A stretch of 64,000 nucleotides of DNA from Candidatus Poribacteria bacterium (GTDB lineage Bacteria > Poribacteria > WGA-4E > WGA-3G). The position numbers and the translations under genes are program-made. The stretch lies in the NCBI GenBank assembly GCA_964291315.2, contig OZ219752.1, forward strand, positions 288,001 to 352,000, given 5' to 3'. Positions 60,673 to 64,000 of the stretch are shown here, piece after piece (the stretch's first letter is position 1; every line of letters begins with the position of its first letter). The notes beneath the pieces were generated by a model. The model was not told the DNA's origin. It searched no databases and worked only from the letters and a program-made list of their open reading frames with translations.

Positions 60673-61818
60673 TTAATATTCACGTTTGTGCCAGTCGTTT
60701 TCCCAGAGGTTGAATGAACCTTCTCGATACGGGTGCTCGGCAATGAGGGCTTCGTTGAGTTCTACACCAAGTCCAGGTCCATTGGGCAAGCTAAAATGGC
60801 CGTTGATGACTTCAGGGCATCCTGTCGCTGCCTCTTTAACCCATGCTTCAGAGAAATCGTTGAAGTGTTCCTGAATCTTAAAGTTTGTCGTACACGCTGC
60901 GAAGTGCAAGGCGGTTGCAGTAGAGACAGGCCCCCCGACATTATGCGGGGCAACGGTCATATAGCACATATCGCCCATTGCTGCGATTTTCTTAGTCTCC
61001 AAAAAGCCGCCTGTCTGGGTAATGTCCGGTTGCAGGATGTCTGCTGCTTGCAAGTTAATCACCTCACGATACTCATATTTATTGTGGAGACGTTCACCTG
61101 TAGCGACAGGCAGTTTAATTTTCTCAGCGGCTTTTGCGAGTGCTGCGATATTATCAGGTGGTACAGGTTCCTCAACCCAACTCGGTTGATACGTCTCTAA
61201 TTCTGCGGCAATCTCAATTGCAGTGTACGGGCTGAATCTGCCGTGCATTTCAATAAGAATTTCCACATCAGGTCCCACGGCATCCCGCACGGCCTCGACG
61301 AGTTCAACAGACTTCAGTTTTTCTTCATAGGAGAGTTCATAGTAACCGGCACCAAACGGATCAAATTTGAGTGCTTGATACCCTTTTTGAATAACCTTTT
61401 TGGCGGCAGCGTGAAATTCTTCAGGTGCCCGTTCAACACGATACCAACCGTTGGCGTACGCTTTAATCTTATCACGACAGGCCCCGCCGAGTAGGCGATA
61501 GACCGGCTGGTTGAGTGCTTTGCCGATAATATCCCAGCAAGCAATCTCAATAACACTAATGCCGGTTGCGACGATTTCACCTGCGCGGCCGTAGTCGTCG
61601 CGGAATAGGCGTTGGTATAGGTCTTCTGTATTGAATGGATCGCTTCCGATGACGTGTCGTCGTTTGGCTCCGTCGATATAGGCGACGAGTGCGTCTGTCC
61701 GGTTGTTCATCCGCACTTCACTGACGCCGGTCAAGCCTTCATCTGTTTCAACTTTGACAAACGTTAAATTGCGCCAGCTGGTTCCCATCACTAAGGTTTT
61801 GACATCTGTAATTTTCAT
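60673..61818 (-). CDS. Mandelate racemase-family acid-sugar dehydratase (DgoD-like)
   Basis: WDIIGK, LLGG..RD, YANGW, KFDP, EMHGR, EEP and ATGER. Confidence 0.88.
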   Translation of the reverse strand: MKITDVKTLVMGTSWRNLTFVKVETDEGLTGVSEVRMNNRTDALVAYIDGAKRRHVIGSDPFNTEDLYQRLFRDDYGRAGEIVATGISVIEIACWDIIGKALNQPVYRLLGGACRDKIKAYANGWYRVERAPEEFHAAAKKVIQKGYQALKFDPFGAGYYELSYEEKLKSVELVEAVRDAVGPDVEILIEMHGRFSPYTAIEIAAELETYQPSWVEEPVPPDNIAALAKAAEKIKLPVATGERLHNKYEYREVINLQAADILQPDITQTGGFLETKKIAAMGDMCYMTVAPHNVGGPVSTATALHFAACTTNFKIQEHFNDFSEAWVKEAATGCPEVINGHFSLPNGPGLGVELNEALIAEHPYREGSFNLWENDWHKREY

Positions 61819-61901
61819 TTTTTTAACAGTTTCCTCTGGACACCTTCTATTATAGGCGAGGTTCTAATGTGGGGTTTTACGGTACTATCTTATCAGTAGT
61901 A

Positions 61902-63269
61902 TTAGCTTCTTGCTTCTGTGTCAGATACGCTACGTTGCCCGCTTCTTTGTGTAGGAGCAGGTTCAATCATAGGTTTTTCTTCACCAGCCTCTAGCATGCG
62001 TTGGATAAGTCGCTTGCGCATTACTTCTGTTACAGTTTCATGTGATTGCAGTCCGATGAGATTCCGTAGTTCATAAGGGTCTGCTTGGAGATCGTAGAGG
62101 TATTGCTCGGTATACCGGTCTGATCCGGCATCGCTGCCCCCATTTTTGTGAGGGGCATCTACACTGTATTTCCAGCGTTGGGTGCGAACAGCACGTCCAA
62201 CTTGTGCCTCGCTAATTTGGACGAAGACCTCTTCTGGCCAATCGTCTGTTTCTCCGCGAAGGAGGGGCATGAGCGTGCGTCCTTGCATTTCGACCGGTAC
62301 TGCTAAACCCGCCGCGTCGAGGAGTGTAGGTGGGAGATCCACGAGGCTCACAAGTTCTTGAATCTGACCGCCGCCGATGAAACCGGGGCCGTCGAATGCA
62401 GTCGGAACACGGATTGAACTCTCGTGGCATGAGCGTTTGTATTCACCGTTTCGGGTTTTGAAGTGGCATCCATGATCGGAGGTAAAGAGGATGATGGTAT
62501 TGTCAAGGATCTGGAGACTTTTCAGGGCATCCAAAATTCTGCCGAGTGCCTCGTCCAATCTTTTTACCATACCGTAGTAGCCGCCTAAATGTTGGTGGGT
62601 TGAACCGCCTAGTGCTGCGAGGTCTGGTGGTATCCATTTTCCTGTATAGCGTTCCCGATACCCGTCCGGTGGCGGATAGTCATCCAGATGGTTCTGATGG
62701 TGCGGTTCAATATATGATGTAAAGAGATAAAAGGGATCATTCTTGTGTCGATCAACGTAGCGAATCGCGGCATCTGTGAGTGCATCCACACGATAGCCCG
62801 GGAGGTCAACGGGTTTATTGTCATTATCGTAAAGCGTTGTCTGATAAGCGTCGGACGTGAATTCGAGAACGTTGGATGCTAACCAGTAATCATAGCCGCC
62901 ACGATGTTCGACTGGCACAGGTCCGGGTCCTGTGCCCCCACTATGGAGGTGCCACTTGCCGATGTAGCCGGTGGCGTAGCCTGCTTCCCCGAAGTGGTGC
63001 GCGAGGGTTTTGAGGTTCGGCGACAACGGTATACCGTTTCGGAAGCATCCTGTGCGGGTTGCGTATAATCCTGTTTGGAGGCAGGATCGGGCAGGACCAC
63101 ATACCGGCTGGCATGTAAAGGACCGGTGGACGTGTGTGCCACGTTGTGCCATCCGGTCGAAATTAGGAGTCAAGTCGAGTGGGTTTCCGTGCAAGCCGGA
63201 GGTATCCCACCGCTGTTGGTCGGTGAAAAAGACGATCACATTGGGTTGGTCTGCATGATTTTGCGGCAT
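61902..63269 (-). CDS. Cys-type sulfatase
   Basis: TDQQR, CGPAR (CxPxR), GKWH and SDHG. Confidence 0.93.
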   Translation of the reverse strand: MPQNHADQPNVIVFFTDQQRWDTSGLHGNPLDLTPNFDRMAQRGTHVHRSFTCQPVCGPARSCLQTGLYATRTGCFRNGIPLSPNLKTLAHHFGEAGYATGYIGKWHLHSGGTGPGPVPVEHRGGYDYWLASNVLEFTSDAYQTTLYDNDNKPVDLPGYRVDALTDAAIRYVDRHKNDPFYLFTSYIEPHHQNHLDDYPPPDGYRERYTGKWIPPDLAALGGSTHQHLGGYYGMVKRLDEALGRILDALKSLQILDNTIILFTSDHGCHFKTRNGEYKRSCHESSIRVPTAFDGPGFIGGGQIQELVSLVDLPPTLLDAAGLAVPVEMQGRTLMPLLRGETDDWPEEVFVQISEAQVGRAVRTQRWKYSVDAPHKNGGSDAGSDRYTEQYLYDLQADPYELRNLIGLQSHETVTEVMRKRLIQRMLEAGEEKPMIEPAPTQRSGQRSVSDTEARS

Positions 63270-63415
63270 ATTTCTATTTTCCTCTCTGTTCAGGTTTGGC
63301 TGTTCTCATTTTAGGGGGTTTTTCGCTGGATGTCAAGCAGAAAATTCGGATAAGGCGAATTGCATCGGACGGGACGAAGGGGTAAAAGTGGATAGTGAGA
63401 TTTGTGGTAGATCTG

Positions 63416-63444
63416 TTGAAGCTGAAAGTAAGGCATGCTATACT
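63416..63444 (+). promoter_or_regulatory. sigma70 promoter
   Basis: TTGAAG-N17-TATACT with extended TG. Confidence 0.6.
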
Positions 63445-63507
63445 TTTTAAGATACCAAGGGACTTCAGAATGAGTACTGACGCATCGTTGCTCGGAAGCA
63501 TTTAATA

Positions 63508-64000
63508 GTGGCAATACTTTCTCTACAAGGGTTCATTAGGGATGTAAGATATATTCCTTGCTTCAGCCGGGATACGCTCAGTTTGTACAATATAGAGCAA
63601 TTTGATGTAAATCAAGCACAGTCTTATGGACTAATTGATTTGGGAACATCTGGTAATAATCTTGCTTTTTCAAAGTGGGTCTCCCCGAAGCGAACGCGCT
63701 CCTATCCGTTCGCACGGATTTATAACACATATCACCTCAATACGAAAAAAGTCACGATTATTCCAATTATTAAAGATGAGGGAGCAGGGACACAGAACAA
63801 TGATCGGATTAACTTCATCACATTTTCATGGATGAATCTCCTGAATATCTACATCGTTTTGGCTTGGTATGAGGGTGCAGAAAGAAAAGCAGGTACAACT
63901 GACCGAATTACTAATCAAGTTCTGAACGTTAAGGGCGTGCGTGAAAAATTGTTTGAGATAAGTCGGTATCAGATGAGTGCTCTACATTGGAACACGACCC
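63508..64000 (+). CDS. 3'-truncated ORF missing from the ORF track; possible type II restriction endonuclease
   Basis: Open from GTG 63508 to the window end: ...FSKWVSPKRTRSYPFARIY...KKVTIIPIIKDEG... The family call is from recollection only. Confidence 0.55.
   Translation, partial: MAILSLQGFIRDVRYIPCFSRDTLSLYNIEQFDVNQAQSYGLIDLGTSGNNLAFSKWVSPKRTRSYPFARIYNTYHLNTKKVTIIPIIKDEGAGTQNNDRINFITFSWMNLLNIYIVLAWYEGAERKAGTTDRITNQVLNVKGVREKLFEISRYQMSALHWNTT

Overview
Bacterial chromosomal window, most likely Candidatus Poribacteria. This is an inference from a secreted protein ending in the VDARGKLAATWAQMK-type tail, the HEAT/vWA/sulfatase content and lptFG. Most of the window is core or metabolic: leuS (5'-partial), rnj, leuCD, tsaB, tRNA-Ala(GGC), a Ski2/HelY-like helicase, trpF, two amt genes, purD, a polyprenyl synthase, lacD, lptFG, lysA and a sulfatase. 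The standout is a ~9.4 kb locus at 14238-23649. It holds seven paralogous genes of exactly 234 aa (N-terminal TM anchor, invariant His motif, hypervariable indel-free coiled coil, mosaic between copies) around one 1292-aa secreted protein with 13 Cys4His4 repeat modules. Five spacers keep a 15-codon stub in the same position as the big gene's start, and a 761-bp perfect direct repeat brackets the big gene. Other notable items: a DNA methyltransferase frameshifted at a G9 tract just before its NPPY motif (candidate phase variation), a sigma54-type promoter driving a putative porin plus Amt operon, a RelA-RIS/DUF2250-like fusion, a HEAT-methyltransferase fusion, a ~190-nt structured ncRNA candidate, a plant-like LysA, and dispersed REP-like and heptamer elements, one of them in frame inside rnj. 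All family assignments were made by eye from motifs; no searches were run.
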